Of a DNA stretch of 54,482 bases, positions 1 through 9,829 are shown one piece after another. Numbering within the stretch: position 1 is the first letter of the stretch; every line of letters starts with the position of its first letter. Both the position numbers and the translations under genes were made by a program. The DNA is from an uncultured Gemmatimonadota bacterium (GTDB taxonomy: Bacteria; SM23-81; DAOVCL01). Location: assembly GCA_964626665.1 (NCBI GenBank), contig CAZVGK010000024.1, positions 1-54,482 on the forward strand, read 5' to 3'. Below the pieces are notes generated by a model. It was not told where the DNA came from, did no database searches, and saw only the letters and a list, made by a program, of their open reading frames with translations.

Positions 1-594
1 GTCAAGCATTTTCAATATTTATTTTAAAAAATTAAAGATGGAATCCCTGTTAAGCAAAATCCTGTGACTTGTCAACAGATTCTCTTTCAATCTTGATTGA
101 ATTCCCACGAGATGATCAATCCAGGGAAGTCCCTTTCGGACAGGGCTGGAGCCCTATCCCTACGAACTCTTCTACCCGGCTTAAACTGGGGATTCCCGTG
201 AGGTAGCAGAAGCCCTCTTCTGTCACCTGATTTACCTCTTTGCCGTCAGAATCAGGGTTCTGACGGCTCGGTCGTTCTCTGTCTCCTTTTACTCAGCTTT
301 AGCTGGGGTAACCACTCTGGGGCTTTAGCCCCATAGGTGGCCAGGGAGGTCCTGAACCCACACTAATGATGATTGAGGAAGGCGAGATGAGAGGGGGATA
401 ATTCTCCTACCCTTTGGAATTGGGTGAGGGGGAAGTTGCTCTCAGGTCCGGGGATATAAAAACGGCCTCGAGGATTGTGCGTTAGGCGAATCCCCGAGGC
501 CCATCCAATAAGGTGTGCTAAAAGGAACGGAATTGGTATGAAGCTATCCTGTATGCGAAGCCGACTTTCACTGCGCGCACCTACTGCAATTCTG

Positions 595-1452
595 TTATGG
601 CTTCTCGGTGGGATTTTGGGTTTGATCGCTTGCTGGTGATACTGGGCTCTTTTGCTGTTCAATTCTATGAATTAGCTCCTCCTTAATCAATTTTGCCAAA
701 CGAACCTTTGGCCTGTGGAGCGGCCCGTTCTTGGGGAGCCCCTTAATGATATTTGAGAAGAGCCCGTTAATGGGCTTGATGAACTTAGATGGCTTAACCC
801 CTGAATTGGTTATAATTTCGCCCATTTGGTCAGTCAGGTTTTTCAGCCCTGGTTCATTATCCACCGCAGGGGCAATATCATTAGGCAACCCGGAGAGGGA
901 GGTTGTGTTGACCTCCTTTGCAATACTCTCTTCTAGCGACACTGCCCTCGTATATCCATAATCTGCCTCAATGCTGGATAGGGAGTCCAGCCCCCCTAAC
1001 ATCAATGCCTTTCCCAAACCTTTTGGCAGGCCCTTGCCGTAGAGGATGTGCTTCATTATCTTATCGATGAAGTTCAAAGCCTTTCTGATGTCCTGCAGCT
1101 CCTCCTTGTTTAGGTCACCTTCCACCGATATGGAAAGGTTTTTGCTGGTTTCCCATTCGAGCTTTTCGCCTTGTAGCCTGACAAACCCCTCCCCAGTCTT
1201 GTTTCCGTTGGCGCCAAAGGTCGCTTGCTTTGCTATGGCCTCATAGGTCTCATAGGATAGCTGGTTCTCTTGCGCCGCTGAAATGGTTACCTTGTCTCCT
1301 TCCTGGGTGAGTAGGGTGATATTCTCGCTCTGTTGGGAGGAGGCCGTGATTCGGGTTAGATGGAGTTCGTTGTAATTTTTGATTTGGGCACCTAAATCCC
1401 ATTGTTGTAAACTATTTGAGGTGTAAGGATTTATTGAATTCATCCTGGCCAC
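595..1452 (-). CDS. Hypothetical protein (DUF5610-like; TQEGDKVTIS...SVEGDLNKEEL motifs)
   Basis: 285-aa ORF; motifs resemble a proteobacterial DUF5610-type family recalled from memory; alternative ATG at 1443. Confidence 0.6.
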   Translation of the reverse strand: MARMNSINPYTSNSLQQWDLGAQIKNYNELHLTRITASSQQSENITLLTQEGDKVTISAAQENQLSYETYEAIAKQATFGANGNKTGEGFVRLQGEKLEWETSKNLSISVEGDLNKEELQDIRKALNFIDKIMKHILYGKGLPKGLGKALMLGGLDSLSSIEADYGYTRAVSLEESIAKEVNTTSLSGLPNDIAPAVDNEPGLKNLTDQMGEIITNSGVKPSKFIKPINGLFSNIIKGLPKNGPLHRPKVRLAKLIKEELIHRIEQQKSPVSPASDQTQNPTEKP

Positions 1453-1503
1453 CTTTCGGTTTATATTAGCCTAAAATATGCATAAATCGGGGGGAAAACT
1501 TTT

Positions 1504-1645
1504 ATCGTAGCTCATAGTTCGTAAGGTTCGCAGGGCTTAAACCCCTTCGTCATTCGGAATTGGTATTTCGTCATTGACCTAGGGCTTTAGCCTGTTCGCT
1601 GGATTTAATCCCCAGGGGCCTAAAGGTTCTAAACCCGCACTAATA
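1504..1645. repeat. Composite dispersed repeat (family D) shared with 35855-36035 and 47213-47430
   Basis: 1504-1585 aligns with the reverse complement of 47312-47400; 1610-1643 aligns with the reverse complement of 35869-35900. Confidence 0.6.
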
Positions 1646-1678
1646 AAAATGCCCAACTTTGATAGTATCTGTATATAT

Positions 1679-1706
1679 TAATCGGCAACATCTCACGATA
1701 ACTTTA
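1679..1706 (-). promoter_or_regulatory. Sigma-28 (FliA/SigD)-type promoter
   Basis: Minus strand reads TAAA-N16-GCCGATTA, close to consensus TAAA-N15/16-GCCGATAA; points toward the 595..1452 gene. Confidence 0.6.
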
Positions 1707-1876
1707 GAGTTTTTTGAGGCAAATATGAGGACACTTTCACATCTACCCAAAGGCATTGCCGCCTACACCCTCCAAAGGGGGGAATTCGCATAAACCTTCC
1801 CCTATAATCGCAGACGAAAGCCAGCCTGTCTTGAAGGTATTACCCCTCAACTAGCTGGCTTCATAAGGCGAGATCT

Positions 1877-2063
1877 TACCCGATCTATTCATAAATCTCC
1901 TATGGCTTTATGTAATCTGCTATGGCTCTGTGGGTTGGGGATAACCCTATCCTCAAAAGGGAGGGCAGAACCTATGTTCTGCCCTGGTCAGATCAGGGGA
2001 TCTGACCGCTCAGCTATTGGCAATTCAAAGTTACTTGCAGATTTTTGTGAATAATTCGGGCTT
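1877..2063. mobile_element. MITE-like element, family A
   Basis: Imperfect terminal inverted repeats CCCGATCTATTCATAAAT (1879-1896) and ATTTTTGTGAATAATTCGGG (2041-2060); internal hairpins. Confidence 0.55.
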
Positions 2064-2187
2064 AAAACCTGTTCCTGACAGGTTCAGGAATTTGTGTCAA
2101 GTTTTGGAGGCAGGGAGAAAGAGGTAGATAATGAGCTTAGACCCAGGCCCCTTGGCTGCAGGTTTTTTCATTCTAAATTTTACATTC

Positions 2188-2294
2188 TTCACCCCGTTAA
2201 ATAGCAAGTTCCACCGAAAATTAGAGAGGCGGAAACGGAGTTATGAGAAGAAGGATGCAACCTTGTAAAATAAGCAAATATTCAACGGGGTGAA
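2188..2294. mobile_element. MITE with 16-bp TIRs and 10-bp target-site duplication
   Basis: TTCACCCCGTTAAATA ... TATTCAACGGGGTGAA flanked by direct repeat TTTTACATTC (2178-2187, 2295-2304). Confidence 0.7.
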
Positions 2295-2379
2295 TTTTAC
2301 ATTCGAAGCTTCGCCCAGTTTATGCTGCCATAGCCCGACGGTTTGAGGCGAAGCTTCGCTTAGGTAGGAGGCTTATTTT

Positions 2380-3300
2380 TCAGCTATGCTTTGTTCCTAC
2401 AGGGTCTCCTCTGGGGATTGCCTTCCGCTCAAGCCCAGATATGAGCATTCCTGTGAGCATAAAAGCGCTGCCCAATAGTCCGCGCAAAGGGATCGTTTCC
2501 CCCAGTATGAGCCAACCTCCCAGTGCGGCGAAGGCTGCCTCAAAGCTCATTATGATTGCCGCGTTTGCCGTTGACACCCTTCTCTGAGCCACCACCTGGA
2601 GGGTATATGCCACGCCGGTGGAGAGCAGGCCGGCGTACAGGATTGGAATAATTGCTTGAATGAATCCTTGAAGGGTAAACACCTCCGTAGCGAATGCTGC
2701 CCCCAGGCTCAAAACGGAGCAGATGGCAAACTGGAGGCAGGCCAGAGTGAGGGGATCCCTTTTGGGGGAGAGCCATCCGATGATAAGGACATGGCCTGCC
2801 CAGAAAAATGCGCTGACCAAGACGAGGAGATCACCGCGGGAGATGCTTAACCTTCCACTCACACTCAGCAGATAGAGACCCCCTACGGCAAGAAGAGCTC
2901 CAGCCCAGGTTATACCCCTGGGACGCTGGCCCCAGATAAGCCCTAAGATCGGCACAATAACGACATAGAGCCCGGTGATAAAGCCGGCCTTGCCCGCTGT
3001 TGTATATACAATTCCTATCTGCTGAAACGACACCCCAGCGAAGAGAACCAATCCGGCAAGACTTCCACTCAGGACGATTAGCTTGGTCTGGTTACCTATG
3101 GGATCGCTTTGTTGGTGCCGCCCCCGCCTGCGATTTACCACCAAAAGCGGAACTAGGGAGAGACTACCCAGGGCAAAACGTATCGCATTGAAGGCAAACG
3201 GCCCGATATACTCCATTCCCGCACGTTGCGCCACAAAAGCGAACCCCCATATAACTGCCGTGAGGAAAAGGAGAACTTCAGAGTTTAACGATTCCCTCAA
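2380..3300 (-). CDS. EamA/DMT family transporter
   Basis: LFLTAVIWGFAFVAQ, TTAGKAGFITGLYVV and two EamA-type hydrophobic repeats. Confidence 0.9.
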   Translation of the reverse strand: MRESLNSEVLLFLTAVIWGFAFVAQRAGMEYIGPFAFNAIRFALGSLSLVPLLVVNRRRGRHQQSDPIGNQTKLIVLSGSLAGLVLFAGVSFQQIGIVYTTAGKAGFITGLYVVIVPILGLIWGQRPRGITWAGALLAVGGLYLLSVSGRLSISRGDLLVLVSAFFWAGHVLIIGWLSPKRDPLTLACLQFAICSVLSLGAAFATEVFTLQGFIQAIIPILYAGLLSTGVAYTLQVVAQRRVSTANAAIIMSFEAAFAALGGWLILGETIPLRGLLGSAFMLTGMLISGLERKAIPRGDPVGTKHS

Positions 3301-4634
3301 TTGTCCCCTTTCATAGTATGAGGGCCTGATACCACTCTGCTGCAGCCTCGCTCGGTTTGATTGGCGAAAAAGAATAGAAGCATTCCCATCACTACCAGGA
3401 TTGCTGCCGCCAGGAACGACATTCTATAGGAGAAGAACTGAGTGAATCCCGATCTTATCAAGAGGTCGACGATTGGCCCTGCCATTAGGGTGGCGCCAAC
3501 TCCCCAGCTCAAAAAATATGAGGCGTTGAAGAGGGCGAATTGTCGTCCTCGATGGTCAGGCGGGATAAGCTTGGATACATAGGAATATGACGACGCTAAG
3601 ATCACTACCTCAGAGGCCCCTGACAAGAAATTGTATACAAAAATTGCGGTTAATCCCTTTGCTAACCCGAACCCTAACAAGGACACTATTGCTGTAAGAG
3701 CGCCGCAAAGCAACAAGGCTGCATCATTCAACCGTCTGGAGATTTTTCCAATGAGCAGTCCCATAATAAGAATTGCCGCTGATCCTATATTGACAATGTA
3801 ACTTAAGAGTCTGCTGGATACATTGAAGCCTTCATCCAACACCAGGTATTGAGCTTTTATCGTCGCTACAGAATTTCTCCCAAAATTTATCAGCACCATT
3901 GCCAGGAGAAACACCAGAAAAGGCTTAGAATATGACACTATTTCTTTACACCCCTGAAACGACTCATCTGCCATGCTTCTGTCCTCTTCTTTTCCTTGGC
4001 CTGTAACACCTCCTTCAGGCACAAAGAGCATAGGGATGGTGGAAATAATCATTACCCCGGAGGCAATAAAAAAGAGCAGTCCCTTTTGAAAACCCCACCC
4101 CTCATAGTACATTGATATGCCATCATAGGCAAGGCCACCGATCCAGACACCGACAATTCTGCCCAGGGCGCCAATGCTGGAGAGCTTTCCCTGTACACCT
4201 GCCCGCTGATGTTCTGGATAGAGGTCGGAGATAATGGCCGTCCAGCCGACATTGGACATTGACCAAAAAATCTCCACAAATGAGAAGCCAAGGATAATTA
4301 CATAACCAGTGGTATGTGGATTCGTTGGCAAGGTGTGGAGAAACCAGACAAATAATGTGCTTAACGCAGCAGAGATCTCTCCCACTATTATCAATGTCTT
4401 CCGCTTCTGATATTTATCCGAAATGCCTCCCCACACAAATGTTTGAAACACGACATTCAAGATCATAGGAAATGTGGCAAAGAATGTCGTTTCAGTGACG
4501 CTCAAATGGAGGAAAAAGCGCAGGTAGATAGATAGATAGGTGTAAAATAGCCCTCGCCTAAACATTGCCAGAGCTTGAAAGGAAGAAATACCTAAAAAGG
4601 TTCTCCCAGTTCTTTTGGTGAAGTTACTCATCAT
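3297..4634 (-). CDS. MFS transporter
   Basis: About 12 TM segments, motif A-like WGGISDKYQKRK; start moved to ATG 4634 with GGAG RBS; overlaps the EamA start. Confidence 0.85.
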   Translation of the reverse strand: MMSNFTKRTGRTFLGISSFQALAMFRRGLFYTYLSIYLRFFLHLSVTETTFFATFPMILNVVFQTFVWGGISDKYQKRKTLIIVGEISAALSTLFVWFLHTLPTNPHTTGYVIILGFSFVEIFWSMSNVGWTAIISDLYPEHQRAGVQGKLSSIGALGRIVGVWIGGLAYDGISMYYEGWGFQKGLLFFIASGVMIISTIPMLFVPEGGVTGQGKEEDRSMADESFQGCKEIVSYSKPFLVFLLAMVLINFGRNSVATIKAQYLVLDEGFNVSSRLLSYIVNIGSAAILIMGLLIGKISRRLNDAALLLCGALTAIVSLLGFGLAKGLTAIFVYNFLSGASEVVILASSYSYVSKLIPPDHRGRQFALFNASYFLSWGVGATLMAGPIVDLLIRSGFTQFFSYRMSFLAAAILVVMGMLLFFFANQTERGCSRVVSGPHTMKGDN

Positions 4635-4847
4635 ACGGTCTCCAGCACATGAAATAGTTACCTCTACACATTGCTGCCGACAATCTCCCGGCAATGGGGG
4701 CCTTCCTGGGGGATTGGCTCAGCCGTCCTCCTCTTGCCGAGGGATGAATAATATTCCCATAGTTCCCTCTTCCCGGGGGGTCTACCGAATTTAATGCCCA
4801 ATCAATCCGCTGTCAAGCTATCGTTCGGCGGAATCTGTTTGAGATAT

Positions 4848-5049
4848 TAACCTGATCTGTTCATGAATTAGCCCCAAATCCTAAATTGCCAAAAGTTTTT
4901 GTCGTAGGAGCTCTGATCTATCGGAATCCGAGAGGGCGGATAGACATCCCGACCCTTAGGATGGTCGGGACAAGTTCCCGTCTGTCCCTACAGCAAGAGA
5001 CCTCAGCGATTTGAAATGTCACCTGCTAATTTATGAATAATCCAGGCTA
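4848..5049. mobile_element. MITE-like element, family A, carrying a GTAG-REP-like core (4904-4991)
   Basis: TIRs TAACCTGATCTGTTCATGAATTAGC and GCTAATTTATGAATAATCCAGGCTA; core homologous to 46848-46936 and 34451-34538. Confidence 0.7.
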
Positions 5050-5165
5050 GCATCCCGCTAGATCGGGAGATGCCGGTCAGGGGGGCTGACTGCTGGGCCA
5101 TTGGATGTAATCGTTAGTGGATTGTTTCCTCTGAATAATTCGAGCCAGGTCCCCTAATTTTTTTG

Positions 5166-5194
5166 TTGCCTTTTCCTCTGGAATTGGTTATTAT
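5166..5194 (+). promoter_or_regulatory. Putative sigma-70 promoter of rpmA
   Basis: TTGCCT-N17-TATTAT. Confidence 0.5.
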
Positions 5195-5234
5195 ATAACC
5201 ACAAGGAGAATTCAAAGCCCAATGGAGGTGTGAG

Positions 5235-5486
5235 ATGGCCCACAAAAAAGGTGTGGGAAGTTCCAGAAATGGCCGGGATAGCAACCCCAAGATGTTAGGG
5301 GTGAAAAGATATGGAGGGGAGTGGGTGAGCGCTGGCTCCATCTTGGTGAGACAGAGGGGGAGCAAGATTCACCCTGGGTTGAATGTGGGGAGGGGCAAGG
5401 ATGATACCCTCTTTGCCCGGATAGATGGCCGGGTGAAATTTGAGAGGATGGGGAAGAGCAGGAAGAGAGTGAGCATTTACGCTTAA
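5235..5486 (+). CDS. rpmA: 50S ribosomal protein bL27
   Basis: [16 protein letters not shown]...LVRQRG signature; GGAGGTG RBS. Confidence 0.98.
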   Translation: MAHKKGVGSSRNGRDSNPKMLGVKRYGGEWVSAGSILVRQRGSKIHPGLNVGRGKDDTLFARIDGRVKFERMGKSRKRVSIYA

Positions 5487-5494
5487 GAGGGAAG

Positions 5495-6166
5495 ATGAAA
5501 AAGATTGCTGTTCTTCTTAGCGGCTGTGGCGTATGGGATGGCTCGGAGATCCATGAGGCTACATTGACCCTTTATTTTCTTGCCCGGGCTGGGGCCCAAC
5601 CTGTGCCTATAGCGCCGCGCATTCCTCAGGCGGAGACCATAGATCACTTTACCCAGAGAAGAGCTGAGGAGGAGAGGGATGTCCTCGTGGAGTCGGCCAG
5701 GATCTCCCGCGGGGAGATCAAGGACATCCGTGAGGTTACCGGGGGGGATATTGATGGCCTGATCATCCCTGGTGGCTTTGGGGCGGCAAAAAACCTTTCC
5801 AACTTTGCTCAGGCAGGGGAGAACTGCACCATAAATGAGGAGGTGAAAAGGCTGATCAGGGATATGGTGCGCAGAAGGAAGCCAGTGGGGGCGTTATGCA
5901 TAGCCCCGATCCTGGTGGCCAAGGCCCTGCAAGGTATGGAGAAGGTAACTCCTACCCTGACCATTGGCAACGATCCCACCACTGCCAAGAAGTTGGAGAA
6001 GATGGGGGCCGTCCATGTTACGGCCAAGGTTGATGAGGCGATAATCGATAATGCCAACAGGATAGTCTCCACCCCTGCTTATATGATTGGGCCCGGCATC
6101 CAGGATGTGGCCAAGGGCATTGAGAACCTGGTTAAGGGGGTAATGGAACTCACCGGGAAAGCTTAG
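5495..6166 (+). CDS. elbB: ElbB/ES1 family glyoxalase (DJ-1/PfpI superfamily)
   Basis: LSGCGVWDGSEIHE, ESARISRG, PGGFGAAKNL, STPAYM. Confidence 0.93.
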   Translation: MKKIAVLLSGCGVWDGSEIHEATLTLYFLARAGAQPVPIAPRIPQAETIDHFTQRRAEEERDVLVESARISRGEIKDIREVTGGDIDGLIIPGGFGAAKNLSNFAQAGENCTINEEVKRLIRDMVRRRKPVGALCIAPILVAKALQGMEKVTPTLTIGNDPTTAKKLEKMGAVHVTAKVDEAIIDNANRIVSTPAYMIGPGIQDVAKGIENLVKGVMELTGKA

Positions 6167-6274
6167 CTGGGCACGGTATTTGTCTACCAAAAACCACCTT
6201 TGTTTTTATTTTTCAATAGGATTGGTAGGCTAATAATTCAGTTTATATCGTTCCACCCCGAGGTTATTAGTGGG

Positions 6275-6301
6275 AAATCCCCTGAGAAAGGGGTTTTTTT
6301 T
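6275..6301 (+). terminator. Possible intrinsic terminator after elbB
   Basis: CCCCT-GAGAA-AGGGG stem followed by a T run. Confidence 0.45.
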
Positions 6302-6321
6302 AATTTTTTTGCAAAAAGTTG

Positions 6322-6350
6322 TTGACAAGGGAGATTGGATGGGTTAATAT
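6322..6350 (+). promoter_or_regulatory. Sigma-70 promoter of HU gene
   Basis: TTGACA-N17-TAATAT with upstream A/T tracts. Confidence 0.7.
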
Positions 6351-6389
6351 AGCAAAGAATTTTTAACCTCACCTTAAGGAGGTGTGCTA

Positions 6390-6674
6390 ATGAACAAGGG
6401 AGAGTTGACCTCTGAGTTAGCCAGTCGGGCTAATCTCACCCAAAAGCAGGCCAGAACGGCCATTGATGCCATCTTCAATTCCGATGGGATAATTGCTTCT
6501 GAGTTGAAGAGGGGGGGAAGGGTGCAGGTAACCGGCTTTGGCACATTTGAGACGAGAAGGCGGGAATCCCGTATGGGTAGGAACCCGCAGACGGGAACGC
6601 AACTGAAGATACCCGCGGCTACTTATCCAGCTTTCAAAGCCGGGAAAGGATTAAAGTCGAAGATAAGGAAGTAA
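6390..6674 (+). CDS. hup: DNA-binding protein HU
   Basis: MNKGEL, GFGTF, GRNPQTG, PAFKAGKGLK; AAGGAGGT RBS before ATG 6390. Confidence 0.95.
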   Translation: MNKGELTSELASRANLTQKQARTAIDAIFNSDGIIASELKRGGRVQVTGFGTFETRRRESRMGRNPQTGTQLKIPAATYPAFKAGKGLKSKIRK

Positions 6675-6696
6675 ATCCCGCGAAAGACGCACCTTC

Positions 6697-6735
6697 AAGG
6701 GCAAAGTTTATCGGCTTTGCCCTTATTCTTTATTA
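6697..6735 (+). terminator. Intrinsic terminator after HU
   Basis: 10-bp stem AAGGGCAAAG/CTTTGCCCTT followed by a T-rich tail. Confidence 0.7.
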
Positions 6736-6800
6736 GGGAGGAAATTTTTCCTTGATTGCCGGGTCAGCTCTCCTTATATTAGGAAAAATGAGGGGGATTT

Positions 6801-8705
6801 TTGCAGGTTAAGGTGACAAATGGAGAGGTAAGGGAATACCCTTCCGGGGTAAAGGCAGAAACGGTGGCCCAGGACCTGGGCTTAGAGGCGGTAGCTGCCC
6901 AGGTTGCTGGCCAGATTGTTGATCTAAATTACCCACTGGAGGAGGGAGCGGAGGTAAAAATTTTGACCTTCGCTGATTTAGAGGGGAAGAAGGTCTTCTG
7001 GCATTCCACATCCCACATAATGGCCCAAGCCGTGAAGGAGCTTTTCCCCGAGGTAAAGTTAGGGATAGGGCCCGCTATTGATCGGGGTTTTTATTACGAC
7101 TTTGGAGGAAGAGCCCCCTTCTCTGAGGAGGAACTGGGCCAGATAGAGAGGAAGATGCACGAGATAGTGCAGGCTGATTACCCCTTCCAGCGGGAGGTGG
7201 TGAGCAAGGAGGAGGCCCTGCGGGTCTTTCAAGGGGATGATTTTAAGATCCAGCTCATCAAGGAGATAGAGGATGAGAAGGTCAGTCTCTATCGTCAAGG
7301 GGGATTTGTGGACCTCTGTCGCGGGCCGCACCTTCCCTCCACCGGGCTGGTGAAAGCCTTCAAGCTCCTTTCGGTTGCGGGGGCCTATTGGAAAGGCGAT
7401 GAGAAGAACCCTGTAATGCAAAGGATCTATGGTATCTCCTTCCCTGCAGGGGAAGATTTGGAGAGGTATCTGCAGAACCTTGCGGAGGCCAAGCGCCGAG
7501 ACCATCGCCGGCTGGGCCGCGAGCTCGATCTCTTCAGCATTAATGAGGAAGTGGGGGCCGGGCTGGTTTATTGGCATCCCAAGGGGGCAGTGATCAGGAG
7601 CATCATCGAGGATTTCTGGAGGGCCGAACATATAAAGAGGGGCTATCAGCTTGTCTATATCCCGCACATCGCCAAGGCCCACCTTTGGCGGACATCTGGC
7701 CACTATGACTTCTATCGGGAGAATATGTATTTTCTCCAGGTGGAGGGAGAGGAGTATGTGCTCAAGCCGATGAACTGTCCGGGCCATATTCTCATCTATA
7801 AATCCAAGAAGAGGAGCTATCGGGATCTGCCCATCAGGTATGCGGAGTTGGGCACCGTATACCGTGCAGAGAGGTCGGGCGTGCTCCATGGGATGCTTAG
7901 GGTGAGGGGTTTCACCCAGGATGATGCACACATATTCTGTCGACCCGATCAGTTGGAGGAGGAGATCTTAGGGGTGATCGACTTGGCCCAATTTATGTTG
8001 GAAACCTTCGGCTATCGGGATTATAAGATTGACCTAAGTGTGCGGGACCCCCAGCACAAGGAGAAGTATGCGGGAGGGGATGAGGACTGGGAGAGGGCAG
8101 AGGAATCCCTGGTCTCCGCTCTCCAGGAGAGGGGGTTGACCTATTGCCGGGTGGAGGGGGAAGCGGTCTTCTATGGTCCCAAGATCGATATAAAGCTTTT
8201 AGATGCCCTAGGTAGAACCTGGCAGGGTTCCACCATCCAATTTGACTTCAATCTTCCCCAAAGGTTTGGGGTCAACTACACCGACCGGGACAATAGTGAA
8301 AAGAAGGTCATTATGATCCACCGGGCCCTCTTAGGGGCCATGGAGAGGTTCATCGGTGGGTTGATCGAGTTCTACGGGGGGGCCTTTCCTCCCTGGTTGG
8401 CCCCTGTGCAGGTGGTGGTTATGCCCATCACCGACTCTGAGAGGGACTATGGAGAACAAATTCTGAAAAGGCTCCGTGGAGAGGGAATAAGGGCAGAGCT
8501 TGATGAGCGAAATGAGAAAATAGGCCATAAGATTAGGGAGGCTGAACTGCAGAAGGTCCCCTATATGCTTATCTTAGGCAAGAGGGAAGTCCAGGGGGGA
8601 AAGGTGGCTGTAAGGCAGAGAAAGAAAGGGGATTTAGGCCAATTTGACCTAAGCTCCTTCTTGGGGAGGTTGCAGGAGGAGATAGAGCAAAAGAAGATCT
8701 GGTAA
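6801..8705 (+). CDS. thrS: Threonine--tRNA ligase
   Basis: TGS domain, HSTSHIMAQAV, DLCRGPH, KPMNCPGH, FTQDDAHIF; TTG start. Confidence 0.98.
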   Translation: MQVKVTNGEVREYPSGVKAETVAQDLGLEAVAAQVAGQIVDLNYPLEEGAEVKILTFADLEGKKVFWHSTSHIMAQAVKELFPEVKLGIGPAIDRGFYYDFGGRAPFSEEELGQIERKMHEIVQADYPFQREVVSKEEALRVFQGDDFKIQLIKEIEDEKVSLYRQGGFVDLCRGPHLPSTGLVKAFKLLSVAGAYWKGDEKNPVMQRIYGISFPAGEDLERYLQNLAEAKRRDHRRLGRELDLFSINEEVGAGLVYWHPKGAVIRSIIEDFWRAEHIKRGYQLVYIPHIAKAHLWRTSGHYDFYRENMYFLQVEGEEYVLKPMNCPGHILIYKSKKRSYRDLPIRYAELGTVYRAERSGVLHGMLRVRGFTQDDAHIFCRPDQLEEEILGVIDLAQFMLETFGYRDYKIDLSVRDPQHKEKYAGGDEDWERAEESLVSALQERGLTYCRVEGEAVFYGPKIDIKLLDALGRTWQGSTIQFDFNLPQRFGVNYTDRDNSEKKVIMIHRALLGAMERFIGGLIEFYGGAFPPWLAPVQVVVMPITDSERDYGEQILKRLRGEGIRAELDERNEKIGHKIREAELQKVPYMLILGKREVQGGKVAVRQRKKGDLGQFDLSSFLGRLQEEIEQKKIW

Positions 8706-8721
8706 CCGAGGAGGTGCAGAG

Positions 8722-9297
8722 ATAAAGTCAAATAGGGAACCGAGAGTAAACTCTCAGATAAGGACTCCCCAGGTGAGGGTTGTTGGGGAGGATGGGGAGC
8801 AGATAGGGGTGATGCCTTCAAGGGAGGCTGTAGCAATGGCCCAGGAGAAGGGTTTGGACCTGGTGGAGGTTGCCCCTCAGTTAGCCCCGCCAGTCTGTAA
8901 GTTTATGGACTATGGCAAATACAGGTATGAAAAGAGCAAAAAGGAGAAATTAAGCAAGAAGAAACAGATAAGTGTGCAGCTCAAGGAGATGAGGTTAAGG
9001 CCAAAGACGGATGGGCATGCCTTCAATTTCAAGCTAAAACATATCAAGGAGTTCCTCAGCCAAGGAAAGAAGGTAAAGGTATATGTCCACTTCCGCGGTC
9101 GCGAGATGGTACACCGAGAGTTTGGGAAAAAGCTCCTGGAGATGATCAAGGAGGAGGTGGTGGGCTTGGGGGGGGTGGCCCAGGAGCCAAAAATGGAAGG
9201 TAGAAACCTGATTATGATTCTAAATCCGCTGGCTCGGAGGAAAGGGGAGAGAAGTGCCGAAGTTGAAGAGCAAAAGGGGAGCAAAGAAGAGGTTTGA
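8722..9297 (+). CDS. infC: Translation initiation factor IF-3 (non-canonical ATA start)
   Basis: GGAGGTG RBS at 8710-8716 then in-frame ATA at 8722 restoring RVNSQIR; DLVEVAP, MDYGKY, FRGRE. Confidence 0.95.
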   Translation: MKSNREPRVNSQIRTPQVRVVGEDGEQIGVMPSREAVAMAQEKGLDLVEVAPQLAPPVCKFMDYGKYRYEKSKKEKLSKKKQISVQLKEMRLRPKTDGHAFNFKLKHIKEFLSQGKKVKVYVHFRGREMVHREFGKKLLEMIKEEVVGLGGVAQEPKMEGRNLIMILNPLARRKGERSAEVEEQKGSKEEV

Positions 9298-9448
9298 GCT
9301 CACCGGCACGGGAAAGATAAAGAGGAAAAAGGCATACTTTTCTCACATCTTAACCAAGAAATCCCCCAAAAGGAAGAGGAACCTGAAGAGGCGGGGGATG
9401 GTAAATCGTGCGGATCAAAAGAGGATAGGGAGACTGATTAGCTCATAA
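9254..9448 (+). CDS. rpmI: 50S ribosomal protein bL35
   Basis: [14 protein letters not shown]...HILTKK; synteny. Confidence 0.95.
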   Translation: MPKLKSKRGAKKRFELTGTGKIKRKKAYFSHILTKKSPKRKRNLKRRGMVNRADQKRIGRLISS

Positions 9449-9457
9449 GGAGGTGGT

Positions 9458-9829
9458 ATGTCCAGAGCTACTTATAAGGTCCCTTCCCGTCGCCGGCATA
9501 AAAAGGTTTTAAAGGCCACCAGGGGCTATCGCGGGGGCAGAAGCAAGCTTTACCGCACAGCAGTAGAGGCCCTTCACCGAGCTTTGGCCTATGCTTACCG
9601 GGATCGTCGGAGAAGGAAGAGGGACTTCCGTAGGCTATGGATAATGAGGATAAATGCAGCAGCCAGGTTGAGTGGCCTTTCCTACAGTCGGTTGCTGATG
9701 GGTTTGAAGAAATCCGGGGTGGGGATAAACAGAAAGCTTCTGGCTGATCTAGCGGTGAACGACCCCCCTGCCTTTAGCAAATTAGCCGAAATGGCCAAAG
9801 AGGCCCTTGGGATTGAAAGCAGAGCTTGA
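9458..9829 (+). CDS. rplT: 50S ribosomal protein bL20
   Basis: [26 protein letters not shown]. Confidence 0.97.
   Translation: MSRATYKVPSRRRHKKVLKATRGYRGGRSKLYRTAVEALHRALAYAYRDRRRRKRDFRRLWIMRINAAARLSGLSYSRLLMGLKKSGVGINRKLLADLAVNDPPAFSKLAEMAKEALGIESRA

Noticed and set aside
363-662. 99-aa minus-strand ORF
   Set aside because: Overlaps the end of the 285-aa gene, has no motif and runs into repeat-rich DNA
6736-6800. T-box or attenuator upstream of thrS
   Set aside because: Leader too short (promoter-like TTGATT-N17-TATATT at 6752-6780) and no T-box consensus
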